64,000 nucleotides of DNA from Octopus vulgaris (GCA_951406725.2 OX597816.1:135532001-135596000), one strand, 5' to 3'; numbered from the stretch's first letter, positions 36,601 to 49,704 are shown. Numbers and translations: made by a program. Notes: generated by a model not told the origin, from the letters alone.

Positions 36601-37900
36601 GATGAAGCACATTTGCTGCCAGGAATAATTAGAATATAACTGACAGAATGCCAAGCAGTTAGTTAATTAGAAGTGCCATAGGGTGTGGGAAGTTGCATAT
36701 TGTGTGGCTTAGATAAGTGTAAGATGATCCAGTAGGTACAGAGACAGGGACAGTTTAAAGGTAAGAAAGATAATCAAAGATGTTTGGTGTGCCAATCAGA
36801 TTCACTTGAATGAAAGATTTTGAGGAGGTGATGCTCGGAAGAGTTTGTTTTTTCCCCCACACTTGGCCCTCATGTCTATATAGTGGTAACAAAGGAGGAA
36901 CAGCAGAGAGTTTGAAAGGAATTTAGTCTGAGCATATGAACTTTGAGTAAAATGGGTAGAAAATGCAATGACTTTATCAATTATCTCAGTTGAGGAATGG
37001 CAGATTAGAGTTCTACATTGTTAATTATGACCACCTAGACAAGAGAGACCTTGTTGCAATTTGGGAGATGAGAAAGCTCGCAGACTGTGCATTGCACATG
37101 GAAATGGACATCATCTTGTAGCAGATAAAACTTCCCAAGAGTTGATGGAGGGTGACTTTTTTGCAATCTAAGCATTAATCTTTACTTATAAAACTTGCAG
37201 CACTGCAATGAGTGAACCATATAAGTGCTTTAGTTGTATAAGGAATAGCGAAGAACACAGCTAAATATCAGGTGATTGGTGAAACATTTTCTATAGAATT
37301 GGCACCGAACCAACCAGTTAGCTGACTTGAAGTACCAAAGAATTCAGAAATCAAGGGGTTTTTTTTAACGAGGAGAGTTGTACTGATTACTGGCTTTGGT
37401 GATGAGAAAGCAGTCAAAAGTATTTTGAAGAGGGGTGTCAGTCAAGAATATATGTGAACTGAAGTTAAAATTAGCAAATGATTGGGACTTTGTTAATGTA
37501 GAAAGGATGCAAGTATTAAGGTTAGCAAGATGATAATTTCAGAGAGTATGTCCAAATAAATGAAGAATAGTCAAGTACAAACAATTGTGATTGGAGGAAT
37601 TTGGAAATTGATAAACACAGCATTTGAACTTACAAGAGATAAGCGATAGGGATTCTAGATGTGCAAAAACACCATCTTTTAGAAAGATGATGCAATATAG
37701 ATGGAATGAAGTTTAGAGATATTGGGTAGAAGAGGGAGTGTTGTTAATTGAGAGTACAAGAATTGCTTATGTTGTTATGAGAATTGGCAAGTGTGAAGTG
37801 TTTTGGATATTATCTTAACCAAACACTGAAATACATTTAGTGATATCTAAAAGAAAATGCATTACTGTCCTTGATTGAGCAGACCTATAATCAAAGGTGT
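33700..37900 (-). mobile_element. heavily decayed CR1/Jockey-group LINE(s), APE and RT remnants
   Basis: Degenerate 'HSINTDVSQG*V...F(F)LCINDL' (from GVPQGSVLSP.LF.LYINDL) at ~35777-35850, repeated at ~35177 and ~34365. WFT motif at ~37215. Confidence 0.6.
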
Positions 37901-40900
37901 TCCAGACATTATCATCCTGTCTTTATCTAATATTCGATACTACATTATCTTGGACACATACATCTTCACATATTAAGGACAGGCCTGCTAAAGAGAGGTG
38001 CTTCTTTCTAATAGTCCTTTTAGTGAAGACTACAAGCTGGATAGTGGAGAATTACTCAGCATGGATAACGAAGATACCTGTTGTCAATGTTAGCATCAGT
38101 ATAGTTGGTAAGGCTATGAAAGAAAGACCGGAAAGCAACAGGTCCAATAGAAATAGTAGCCAAAATGTTAATAGTATTTGATTATGTAAACCATATGTAA
38201 TTTTTTCAATTAATGAGGTAGCAATATCAACTGTTACAAAGGCAACTGTCACAGACAGACAGATGAAAAGTAATAATAGAGAACTCATGATTTGATAAAT
38301 AAATTTTTACAGTGGCCAAATGAATTTTTAGCAAAATTAGTTCAGGACAGTGTTAGCTTGCACAAGATACATCATTTTATATCCACACTTGGGATTTCTG
38401 AGTGCTTTACATATGGATGCCTTTCTTGTTAACTCTTATCACATGCAAAGACCATTTCTGAAACCAGGATACACTAATTTAACAAGACAACTGCAAGAAA
38501 CAAAAAAAAAAAAAATCTGCATTTGCTGATCTGGCAAGTGACAAATTCTATAGTCTGGCAAGTATATAAAAAAAAGGTATGGTTGACAAACAGCTAGTCA
38601 TATATGCAGATGCTGTTAGCAAGGGGTGGGTTAGTAACCAGTTTAGAATACAAGCAGGTGTTCACTCTATATTCCCCACCCACTTTTTTCTATTCATTTA
38701 TTATAGTCATCAGGGTAGAGACAACCAATGACCTAGTTCTAATAGCAGCATTTATCAAAGGATTTCAGAAAAAAAGTTTCAACTAAGAAACAAACTAGTC
38801 CTAAGAGCAACATGGCCAAGACAAAGTGCAAGAGAGAGAGAGAGAGAGAGAGAGAACACTAAAACTCAACTAACAGTAATAACATCATAAAGTGACCCAA
38901 CAATTCCCTAGATATAGATGATAGTTGCAAAAATATAATAACTATAGGTAAGCGAGGGATAGAAGTTCAGGGAGCTGTTGTTCCTCTCAGCAACAAAGGG
39001 CTTCTCTCATGATTAAAAAGACTGCATAAAGAATGTACAAGAAGATTTGAATAGAAGAGATGTGGGCATCAAATGCAGATGTTCAATGACAGACAGATAA
39101 TAACATACATAAAGGTAAAGCACAAATGAGCCAAGACATTAGAAATCAATGACCTTAGCTAAAGTACACAAGAGTGTACGTATAATATGAACTGAATACT
39201 GAATGAAAATATGCCATGAACTCAGGGTAACAATAGGAAAGGGAAACTAAGGAACTTGTGGTCAGATTAGATCTGAGGACACAGGGCCTCATAGAATAAT
39301 TACAAGAGAGAGGCAATTGGTAATATATTGTATGGTATGTCAGTCCAACACACATCAGCATGGAAAAATACATGCTAAAGTGTGATGATAATGAATAGAA
39401 GATATAAAAGACTGAAAACTAATTTTCCAACTGATATGTATATATATCTTGTATTACAGTAGTTTGGTTTTAGCTTTTAGTCAAGTCACTAGAAAGGATA
39501 ACAGAATGGAAAAAAAAAAACAGGTTTCAAATTATTTTATATAAATTCATTCCATGGTACTATGGCTGGCAACATGATATGGATAACTTTTGATTATATA
39601 ACTGCAGCTTTGAGCCAGATACAAAATGGGGGGAAAAAAAGAATAACAATATCAATATATTAATATCATTGCAAAGTGCTTATAGAAAAGATGCAAATGG
39701 AATTTGAAATGAAAAACAAATTAAATAAATAACAACAAGACACAGAGTGTTTATAATTTTATAAAGTTTAAAACAAGAATTATGTTCAACTTAAAATTTC
39801 TATAGACAAAACTAGAAGTTATGCTGGAATTGTGAGAGGTAAAACAGTTTCTCCAACCACCATAAAGAAGTTATATTTATTTAAAAAATCTAGTTGATAA
39901 GTTACAGAACTTTACAACAGTTTACAAAGAACTGCTGCTAAACTTACTGTCCCTAAAAATGATACCTACAGGCTAATCAGTTATCAATAACACAAAACCT
40001 TACTATCACACAATTCTTATATTCTGATACATGTAGCACCCTTTGAAGCAGTTGCATGTCTAGAAAGAATTCAAAGTTCTGAAATATAATAGACAAATTT
40101 CTCTAAATATTTAAAAGTAGAGCAGTTTTGTCATGAAATCCTGAGAAACGTACCGTAACATTCTTGGATGCTAGAAACACTAGCTATTAAGAAACTTGAC
40201 AAAATAATACAAAAAAAAAAAAACAAAAATGAAGAACAACTTCAGTACAAAAGGGATGGAATTCTGAAATAAATAAATAGATAAATAAATAAAAAATCTA
40301 AGAACAAGGAGTACATGAGGTAGCATACAATATACACAATATAATACCATTAAAATTGTGTGTGCAGACACAAAAATATGTATATAAATTATATATAAGA
40401 TATACATATATATACATACACACACACACACACAATATACATAATATAAATGCACAGATATATATGTATATATATGAAATATTATATATACATAGATCAT
40501 ACATATATAAACATATACATTATACACACACACACACATATATATATAAACATATTTATTTTATATTAAATTATCATAGTTTATACTTATTATATAGCCT
40601 AATATACAGAACCAACTATTAGCCACAGTACTTTTGCAAGCCACCCTTTATACTGACTCCTTGTATATACAAGTAAATGTCTAGCAGTAAAATTAAGTTT
40701 TCCTTGATTTCACTATCTTTTTAATGACATGTATTGAAAATTAATTTTGTACATCACAGGAATGTTTTTGACATCAGTGAGGTCTAGATCACACCTTAAT
40801 CCACATGATGAAGCTACATTTTACACCGTGCATAGCCATTTAAACAGTAGTGAATGTACAATCATGAGGGGAAAAAATATAAATACTGACAAAGAAATCT

Positions 40901-40936
40901 TTTTCTTTTTTTAAAGAGATTATGGTTATCTTATAC

Positions 40937-40971
40937 CTGTAGACCTTTTGATAAGGCAGAAAGCCATTTCT
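40937..40971 (-). other. candidate 35-nt exon
   Basis: tgtactccttttcaacaag|AGAAATGGCTTTCTGCCTTATCAAAAGGTCTACAG|gtataa; open in all three frames, but the AAG acceptor is weak. Confidence 0.3.
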
Positions 40972-42576
40972 CTTGTTGAAAAGGAGTACAAACAGAATAA
41001 CATATAACTGGTACTTCATTTATCAACCTCCAATAACTAAAACAAAAAACACACACACACAAGAGTGTTGACCTCAGTATGATTTTAAAAACTGGGAGGA
41101 ACGAAACATTATTTTAAAGCAAATCTGTCCAGTGCTCTACTACTTAATAGTGCAACCTACTGTTTTCAAACAACATTGTTAAATTATTACTGGGTCATGT
41201 CACATAGATCTACATAAACTACATCCATACCTTTCAGAAATGCAAGAAATTTTTAAAAAATTCTTTCAAGAAATAGCCATCACTACAATATAAAAGAACC
41301 AATGAAGCGCCAAGCTACTAGAGCCATTTCATCATAATGTTAGGGAATCTAAAGAATTTGTCAATGATACACACTAGATAACCTTTAGGAGAAATAGCAT
41401 TATACCATGCTATTATACTAACTTTAAACATATCTAGTGCAGGTCCGAAAGTAACTGAAAAAGTATCTTAAATATAATCAAGCTCCAAGAGCATCTCAAA
41501 TAGCAAGAGTAGGGGGGAAAATTTAGTTATAACTGAGAAGATACAAAAGTTGTAAAAGATCAGAGGTACTAACATGGACAAACAGGCTAAATTTTTGTCA
41601 TGTAAACAAATATAGACAAATCTTGACAGTATGTAATCACTACAATTTAATGAATCTAAGTTTGATGCCAATAATATACAAAAAATAATTTAGTTGTGAC
41701 TCCATTTAGCCAATGATGGTTCCAAGTTCATATACTAAAATAATACATTATAAATAACTAAGAGTTGGAGCAAAACATCTTAAGGAATTTACTGATTACA
41801 TTTGCAAAAAGTAGTTCATAAATAGAATTCAAACAATACCAGATTAGTCATTTTCAGATCAGTTTTTTTCTCATTGCTAACAAAAGGCAAAAACACAGCT
41901 TTAAATCCATCATATTTCTGGTACTTATTTTGAGTTGGGAGAAATATAAGGCAAACTCAACTTCTGTTAAAATCTGAGTTAAGAATGTAAACATGAAATT
42001 AAACACTAAAGCAAGTGATCCCTAACCTGGAGTGCCCATAATCTAGGGGTGGGAAAGAGGGAAACATATGCTATTAAAATAATTACATTTCAGAATAAAA
42101 TTATTGACTAACTCTTAAAAATAACTTTAGTTTATGAAGTACATAAAAAACTTATTCTACAAACGTAGATTTAGCCCTGTTAGGGATTATAACCAAGAAC
42201 TGACTTCTGTTCCATTTGCAACAGTATATTTACGTGATTCTGAATTTAGTTCTCTTTTGTCAATCATAACCAAATCTAGGAATGACTTGAATCCACAGGC
42301 AGACCTGAGGATTGCAATCAGCAAGAAAGTTCCATGTTTTGATAAATTCATGAATAAGAAACAGGAATAAAGAAATCATTAATATCATGTTCACAACTAT
42401 AATTGAAATTACAGTTTACTGTTCTAATTGCTTAATTTACAAAATCAAAAGCTCGTGTTTTAAGTTTAATTTGATCACTCACAAGACTACATGGTGTTCA
42501 GTTAAAAAAGAAATAATAGTTACTACAACATTGACTTTCAACTTCCAATATGTTACTTTTGTAGGCAATGCGAAAA

Positions 42577-42785
42577 TTAACCCTTTTACTGTGGAAAGCA
42601 GATATATCCACTCAAAATTTCATTAACATTAACTGTGGAAGGCAATTTTACAAACCAATCTACTGAGGAATGTCATGTTTGCTAAGGTAACTTGACTTGC
42701 AGAAAATACCAATTCTATTTTTGGTGGGTATTTAACATCATAACTGGAATAACCATGAAATTTTATTTCACAGTGAAAGGGTTAA
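42577..42785. mobile_element. piggyBac-type MITE
   Basis: TTAA|cccttttactgtggaa...tttcacagtgaaaggg|TTAA. Confidence 0.65.
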
Positions 42786-45492
42786 ACATTTTCTCAGGCT
42801 ATGGGGTAATAGAAAGGTTGAGAACCACTGCCATGAAGTATTTAGTAAAAGTACTCTAGTATTTTATCTTATATTCACATAAAACACTTGCAAAATCAAT
42901 AAAAGAAACGTTAGAAAAAAAAATAATTACAGAACATGAAAATAGAACAGTGAAATACAGTAAACATAGCAACTTAATGAAAACATTCTCCGGGTATTAA
43001 TTTGTCGAAAATACAAATTTTTTTCAAACAAAACTTTATTCTTTGAAGTTTGCAATACTTAGGTATCTTATAGCATTATAGGTTAATACATTTAATATTT
43101 ACCAACATAGATTTTGAGATAACAGCTTAAAAAAAAAAAGTCTGGAGAACAATTAGCTGAAGAGAGACCTAACATCTACATAATCTTGCTCAGGTATTTA
43201 TTTTTCAATAACGAAAATAATAAATTTATCAAGAACGTTTACCTTCCATCAATGCAACTTAAATGTAACTTACACAATTTTGATTACAGTTTCATGGTTA
43301 TTACAGAAACAATAAGACTTGGGACAGTAACATTGTAGAGAACAGAGGGCCAATGAAAGCCTGTGGAGAGCAATAATGGTTTCGAGTTCAATCCTGGCTC
43401 AAGTATATAAGATTATGTATGGCAGGTGACGACATGAAGTGAATATACTGAGCAAAATACAGTGTGAATAAAATTACACAGAATGAAGACTGGTCAATCT
43501 TGAATATTCAGCACACAGAAATACAGCTAATATTCAGGCACTCATAAGATGTGTTTCAGAGTAAAGGTAAAATTAAGAAGTGATTGGTCCAGTTCCTACT
43601 TAATCACAGAAATTTAAGTTCTCTCTAGATCAATTTTGAGTAATATGACCCTCAAAGAAAGGCTAAATGGGAATTTACTTTTCAAAACGGCATGTTTAGT
43701 AAGTATCCTGCAAGTGTTATAATCAAGTAAATTACGTTTGAGAAAGCTAATAATTTTCTTATCAATACATAAGTCAATTGATAAATATACATTTCAGAAA
43801 AAAATTTAAACAGCAGAAATAACTAAATATTTTACTATATTCTTAGTTATCAAAAAACCCGTTTTCTTCACAGAAAACAAAACATTTTCCGAATGTCATA
43901 TGGACAAACTTTCATATTAACGGTATTCCGTCGTATTATAATAGCCTTAATACAAACAGAAATGACAATACAGATACGAATGTCATTTAATTTTCCTTAA
44001 AAAAAAAAATGCTTCCAATATGCATAACTAAACATGTTTATTATGTGTAAAGTATATAATTCCTTAAAAATATACAATTAATTTACAAGGAAAGCATTAT
44101 CTGACCCAATATACTAATGTACTGATTCCATTCGATTTTTCTTGCGTAGATGACGAAACAAATGTTGCCTGTAACTTTCAAAAAGAGCATCTGGGTATCA
44201 TGCATAATCCTAAACTTTTGTCTATTTGCTCGAGCTCCTTTTACTGTGTTTATGCGACAGAATAAAAGAAAAATACAAATACAAACACGAATGATGTGTT
44301 GCGCAAGTTATGCTTCACGATTTTTGTTTAATTCCATTAACATATATAACAAACAGGTAGTCGATTTAGTAATTCATGTTTAATTAACGTAAACCTTGTT
44401 AATGACTTTTCATGAGGAAAATGCAACAGTTATGGGCTATCATAGTACATTGTTTCGTTGTTATACAAGAACAATCTAGAGGAGTTAATTTTTATATTGG
44501 ATCGTACAATCCTATCTTTGTTAAATATATATTTTACACTTAAAATTATCGATTAATATATATATATATTACAAAAATTGCTTGGTACCTCAGTAAATTT
44601 AACGACATTTGTGTTTCGTATGAATTGTTACTCGTTTGAGTTTACGGCCGTTAATACGAATTCGTCTATAAGAGACATTAGGAAAATATTCCCGAGCTAT
44701 TTCAGCTTGGCATTACATATTCTCTAATTATAACCTAAACGGAACTAGCACTAACGAAGATATTTTTTAATGATTGTGTGAGTAACAATTACCAAACTAG
44801 TAGACAACTATACTGGTTGTATAGTTGCAGTATGGGATTTTCATGTCAACATGAAGTTGAATGTGAGAGAGCAAAAACAAACTAGCCACACCCAACAACA
44901 CAAGTTAAACATAAACACCATATTTTATACGATATCAAAATTGGAATAAAATATTAGGAAACATAACATTAAACTAGAAAGATTAGTTTCAATAATAACT
45001 ATCAATTAAATTTGTGTCCATCACAGATTTAGTGTTTTGTGTGTGTGTGAGAAGTAGGCTTGTGTACATAAAACATAAACACCAAAATATGGAACAGAAT
45101 TATAAAACGATCAAAATAAAGAGAAAGAAAAATTTAATCAAGATTTTTGTCACCTACAATTAACATTTCACTTCAAGCTGAAGATTGTTCAGGGCATCAC
45201 AAAAAATATCTATGAAATGATGCAAGTAGAGGAACATAAATAAAACATTACACAGAAAAATCAGGTTATACATTAAATGGAGGCAGTTAACATTTTTTTC
45301 CCCTATATTTAAACTTTTTTTTTTTGTTTTGAAAAATATTAAGCTGAGATAAGAAAATAAAGAGGAGAGAGGAGAAAGAAAAAATGATAATGAATGAAGT
45401 ACGAGAACTTCAAGATATCTCTCCAAAAGCTGTTTCAAAATCAAAGCAACTTTCATAACTAACTTCTAATTTATATTATTCCACAGACTGAC

Positions 45493-45535
<43 letters not shown>

Positions 45536-46353
45536 GTGTATGTGTGTTTGGTAAATATTTAAATCCGAAGGGTAAGTCCACTGCAGTCCATCATCCTCAT
45601 AGTAAACTCCACATATTTTCCAAATTTAATAAACCAGTTTCATCCCCCACCAGCCGATTACTCGACATTAACATAAGCATCAAACAAACAAGTGAAAACC
45701 ATTTTGAGATTTCAGTTTCGGTTTTCTACATGAAGAATGCAATAATTTCTCTTATTCTCCAAGGCAATATTTTATTTCCATTTTATACCTGTGGAAGAGG
45801 TTGCTTAATTAAAAATTCCAACAACCACTCACTCGTATATCAGAAGTTCAGACAGTTTTAGTTTGATGCCGATACTGCATAAACAAAATCTAGCCAGGTT
45901 TCTCACCAAATTTTATTACAGTCATCGTTTTATAACAATTGTGAATCATCACGTTAATTCCTTTGGACATCAAAGCACTCGGACTGTCTGTTTAAAAATA
46001 TTTATCAGAGGATGAGTGGGTGGGAGAGAAAGTAAGAATGTATGCGTACATGTAAAAAGAAACAGACGGATAAGATGGTATTTATATTTAACCAATTCTG
46101 TTAGGACTTCAAACAGGATTTTCTTTTCTTTTTATATCCAAAATACATTCCTCCCAATTTGTAGTTTTTCTTTTTCATATATACAAGGACTGTTTAACCA
46201 GTCTTTGGTTAAACTTTCACAATGGGTAAGCAAATTTTTACTCCAATGACTTTAGTATGACACACGAGACTGGTATTAAAAAAAAAATTGGTGCTTTTTT
46301 TTCATATCAAGACATTGTTCGAAGCTTTCTTCAAAAAGTTATTGCAAGCTATT

Positions 46354-47325
46354 CTAACGAACATTCGAAATTGAAGTTTGTGGTGGTTGTACGTTGCTTG
46401 TAGCTTTTTGTTTCAACATTGTCCAGTCAAATGTATAATCGTACTGATAATTGAGAGTACGAAATAGTATGCGGAAAAGCTGCCTGAGGTACATATAATC
46501 GGGAGCTTCGGTAAAACGCAATCCACGGCAATAATTCAAATACATAGCGAATTCCGCAGGAAAACCTTTACACAGGGCTTCTACAGGAGTAGACATTTTC
46601 CTCTCGCTTATCTTCTCATACTTCTGTTTTTTGGTCGCCGCTTTCAGACCTTGCCAAGGAAGGCTACCACGATTGAAATACATCAACACATAGCCAAGGG
46701 ATTCCATATCGTCCCTACGACTCTGTTCGATTCCCAAGTGAGCATTAATGCTAGCATAACGAGCAGTTCCGGTCAAATTTTTATCTTCACGATATTCAAT
46801 ATGTACGCGTGTCTTACCGTCGCGATATTTTTTAGCCAAACCAAAATCTATCATAAATACCTTATTACAGTGACGTCCGATTCCCATCAAGAAATTGTCA
46901 GGCTTAATATCTCGGTGAATAAAATTTTTGTTATGAACATATTCGACACGCCCTATCATCTGGTCCGCAATCATTAAAACAGTTTTCATGGTAAATCGCC
47001 TTGAACAGAAGTTGAACAAATCTTCAAGGCTCGGCCCTAATAAATCCATAACAAGGATATAATAATCTCTATCCTGGCTACACCAACGAGCATGAGGAAT
47101 GCCAACACCTCCTTGCAAGATTTTATAGAGTTTACTTTCGTATAGAAGTTGAGGGTGGCGAGCATCGACTGGCTCCAATTTAACAGCGACTTCCTCGCCA
47201 TTTGTTATGTTGATTCCTAAGTAAATATCACCGAACGACCCACTACCAATTTTTCGCAATAATCGATACTTCCCGCCGACGAAAAAGTCATTCCGACCAG
47301 ATGATCTTTCACTGCTTACATCCAT
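46354..47325 (-). CDS. CSNK1A1: casein kinase I isoform alpha, single coding exon, 323 aa
   Basis: [63 protein letters not shown] and YDYTFDW motifs. 'VGGKY', 'GIGRHCNK' and the short tail indicate the alpha isoform. The ORF is uninterrupted. Confidence 0.96.
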   Translation of the reverse strand: MDVSSERSSGRNDFFVGGKYRLLRKIGSGSFGDIYLGINITNGEEVAVKLEPVDARHPQLLYESKLYKILQGGVGIPHARWCSQDRDYYILVMDLLGPSLEDLFNFCSRRFTMKTVLMIADQMIGRVEYVHNKNFIHRDIKPDNFLMGIGRHCNKVFMIDFGLAKKYRDGKTRVHIEYREDKNLTGTARYASINAHLGIEQSRRDDMESLGYVLMYFNRGSLPWQGLKAATKKQKYEKISERKMSTPVEALCKGFPAEFAMYLNYCRGLRFTEAPDYMYLRQLFRILFRTLNYQYDYTFDWTMLKQKATSNVQPPQTSISNVR

Positions 47326-47334
47326 ATTAAGTTC

Positions 47335-47409
47335 TTAGTTTGCACACAAATTATTAGTATAGTGAAATGGTATTAAAGATAAACTACGCCAGCCCAGACT
47401 GGCTGCCAT
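47335..47409 (-). promoter_or_regulatory. in-frame uORF (24 codons) in the probable 5' leader
   Basis: aaaATGG context; MAASLGWRSLSLIPFHYTNNLCAN*; the stop ends 9 nt before the main ATG, in the same frame. Confidence 0.5.
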
Positions 47410-47505
47410 TTTGGATACTATAAAAAATCTAAGCCCACAATGCCACGCAAAAGTAATATCCCATAATATTAGTACATACACCACTGCGCATGCGAACAGG
47501 AAGTT
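47400..47505 (-). promoter_or_regulatory. housekeeping-type promoter of CK1-alpha
   Basis: YY1-like CAAAATGGCAGC (47402-47413, sense orientation), NRF1-like TGCGCATGCG (47485-47494) and ETS CAGGAAG (47497-47503), in a CpG-retaining region. Confidence 0.65.
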
Positions 47506-47582
47506 ATTACTTTATCCGACCAAGCTTAACTTTATAGGTTTTCTATTTATCAATTTCTAGGAAGATAATTTTATATTTATAC

Positions 47583-47676
47583 ATATTTTTGAGCGAATCA
47601 AAAACAAAGGTTTATAATATTTTTGAGCGAATCAAAAATAAAGGTTTATAATATTTTTGAGCAAATCAAAAATAAA
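47583..47676. repeat. 34-bp tandem repeat, ~2.8 copies
   Basis: Unit atatttttgagcgaatcaaaaayaaaggtttata. Confidence 0.9.
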
Positions 47677-48489
47677 TTTAAGTAAAATAGGATGGAAAAC
47701 ATATACAATAAAAAAAAAATTCTTTACTGGGTGTCATGTGAAAGTTCTTACTTGCTAATAAATTGTCCTACTTGTTATTTTTATACAAAGCAATTTACAT
47801 GACCTCATCTCCAAAGGGAAAACCTGTAATCTTGAAGTTTTTATTTTTAATTTCTTGTTAGCGGTTTCAGTACTGAACTCAACTAATTACGTATTTAATT
47901 ATATTTCTTTTATCTTTAACCAGTGAAGGAGGGAGCAGTGTCGATGTACTTTGTAGGTTCTCCCCAAAAAGCAATCCAAAATTTCAAGATATGTTGATTT
48001 TAAACTCCCTCTAGATTTAGTTCACTTTTTATCCCTTGGGTCAATAAATATGAAAAAGAAAAAACACTTGTTCGTCATTCTCCCTCCTAAAAGAATGATT
48101 TTCTGATTTGTTAAAAAAAATAAGTACAATTATTAAAAAAAAAAAAAGAACAAGCTAATAACGAAAAGTAAACGACGAAGAAAATATAATTTGGTTAATA
48201 TAAAGTTTTATTTCTTTTATGCGAACACTACTTTCAGAAAATTGAATACTGAGTGAATTTCAAGAGGTATTAAACTTGATTATCGTGGATGTGTGGTAAG
48301 AAGTTTGCTTCCCAACAACATCGTTCCGAGTTCAGTTTCACTGCATAGCACATTTGGCACCAGTAAACTAAAACCTTCAAGGCAGTGCCCCGGAATAGTC
48401 GCAGTCCATTGACTGAAACAAGTAAAAGATGAAAAAAATAAAACAAATAACAACAGTTTTTTCTTTTTTATTCAATATGTTTGTTCTAG

Positions 48490-48780
48490 TAAGGCGGTGA
48501 GCTGGCAGAAACGTTAGCGCGTTGGGCGAAATGCTTAGCGGTAATTCGTCTGTCTTTATGTTCTGAGTTCAAATTCCCCCGAGGTCGACTTTGCCTTTCA
48601 TCCTTTCGAGGTCGATAAATTAAGTAACAGTTTCGTACTGGAGTCCGATCTAATCGACTGGCCCTTTCCCCAAAATTTCGGGCCTTGAACCAAAAGTAGA
48701 AACCAATATGTTTATTGTACTTTCTGGTGCTCCAGCATGGCCGCAGTCAAATGACTGAAACAAATAAAAGAATAAAAGAA
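48490..48780 (+). mobile_element. tRNA-derived SINE with Nin/Deu-like core, CpG intact
   Basis: ggcggtgagctggcagaa..gagttcaaattcc..gtcgactttgcctttcatcctttcgaggtcgataaattaagta. Inverted copy at ~62050-62245. Confidence 0.75.
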
Positions 48781-48859
48781 AAGTGTTGTCACAAACAAGA
48801 GTAAAAAAGAGGAAACAAAGAAGATAAGTGGAAGAGAGATCCGTGATGACCTGCTATAA

Positions 48860-48952
48860 TAGTCACATGACTCTGTTTTAACTGTATGTAATCACGTGAC
48901 GTAATATACTAGGATTCAGTTGATTCTCGCTGTCCGTTTGTTTACACTTCCT
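48860..48952. promoter_or_regulatory. transcription-factor motif cluster (enhancer or divergent promoter)
   Basis: GTCACATGAC, TCACGTGAC overlapping TGACGTAA, TGTTTAC and ACTTCCT within ~90 bp of non-repeat sequence. Confidence 0.45.
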
Positions 48953-49704
48953 CATAGAGAAGACTTGAACTAACACAACTAGCGCATATCTATTTAAAAA
49001 CTCACTTCAGTCATTTACCTTTTCATAAACAAACTTTTTTTCATCAATTGACTTCCACATTTACGTTCACATTGACACATTTATTATACATAAAACTATC
49101 TGAAATTCATTTTATTAAAGCTATTACGAAGGTAGTAATAAATGATATGAGTCATCCTAACTTTAAAAAAAAAAACAATTATGTTCTGGTATTTTTGTCT
49201 GAACGTGTGATGATGTCTGCTGTCTGTATGTATGTATGTATAAAACGTGATATATATAAATAGATATATGTACTTTTTTGTTGGTCAATTAAATATCTAA
49301 CCAACTAATCGATCGTTTGTTTAATGTGCTGATTAAACCATCAGTTAGTTGTTTGTTAATCAAAGTTCTTTCATCTCTGTTTGCAGCCTTTCCAATCACT
49401 CATCTCTCTAAGGTCTATCTGTATGTATATCATCATATTCATCATCGTTTAACGTCCGCTTTCCACGCTGGCATGGGTTGGACGGTTTGACTGAGGACTG
49501 GCAAGCCAGAAGCCTGCACCAGGCTCCAATTTTGATCTGGCATGGTTTCTACAGCTGGATGCCCCTTCCTAACGCCAACCACTCCAAGAGTGTAGTGGGT
49601 GCTTCTTAAGTGCCACCGGCACGAGGGCCAGTCACGTGGTACTAGCATTGACTGTGCTAGTACCACCATTTGAAAACTATGGAAAAATTTTTAAAAAACA
49701 TTTA

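Noticed and set aside
33700-38290. endogenous viral glycoprotein or polyprotein
   Set aside because: Minus-strand translation shows degenerate LINE RT motifs (SQG..CINDL) rather than viral hallmarks.
39947-39951. 5-nt microexon ttttag|GGACA|gtaagt (similar tiny hits near 6946 and 7261)
   Set aside because: Too short to distinguish from chance without RNA data.
46651-46977. antisense 108-aa ORF
   Set aside because: Shadow ORF of the kinase with a non-ATG start.
46354-47325. processed pseudogene interpretation of CK1-alpha
   Set aside because: The ORF and catalytic motifs are intact, promoter motifs are present, and no poly(A)/TSD scar is evident.
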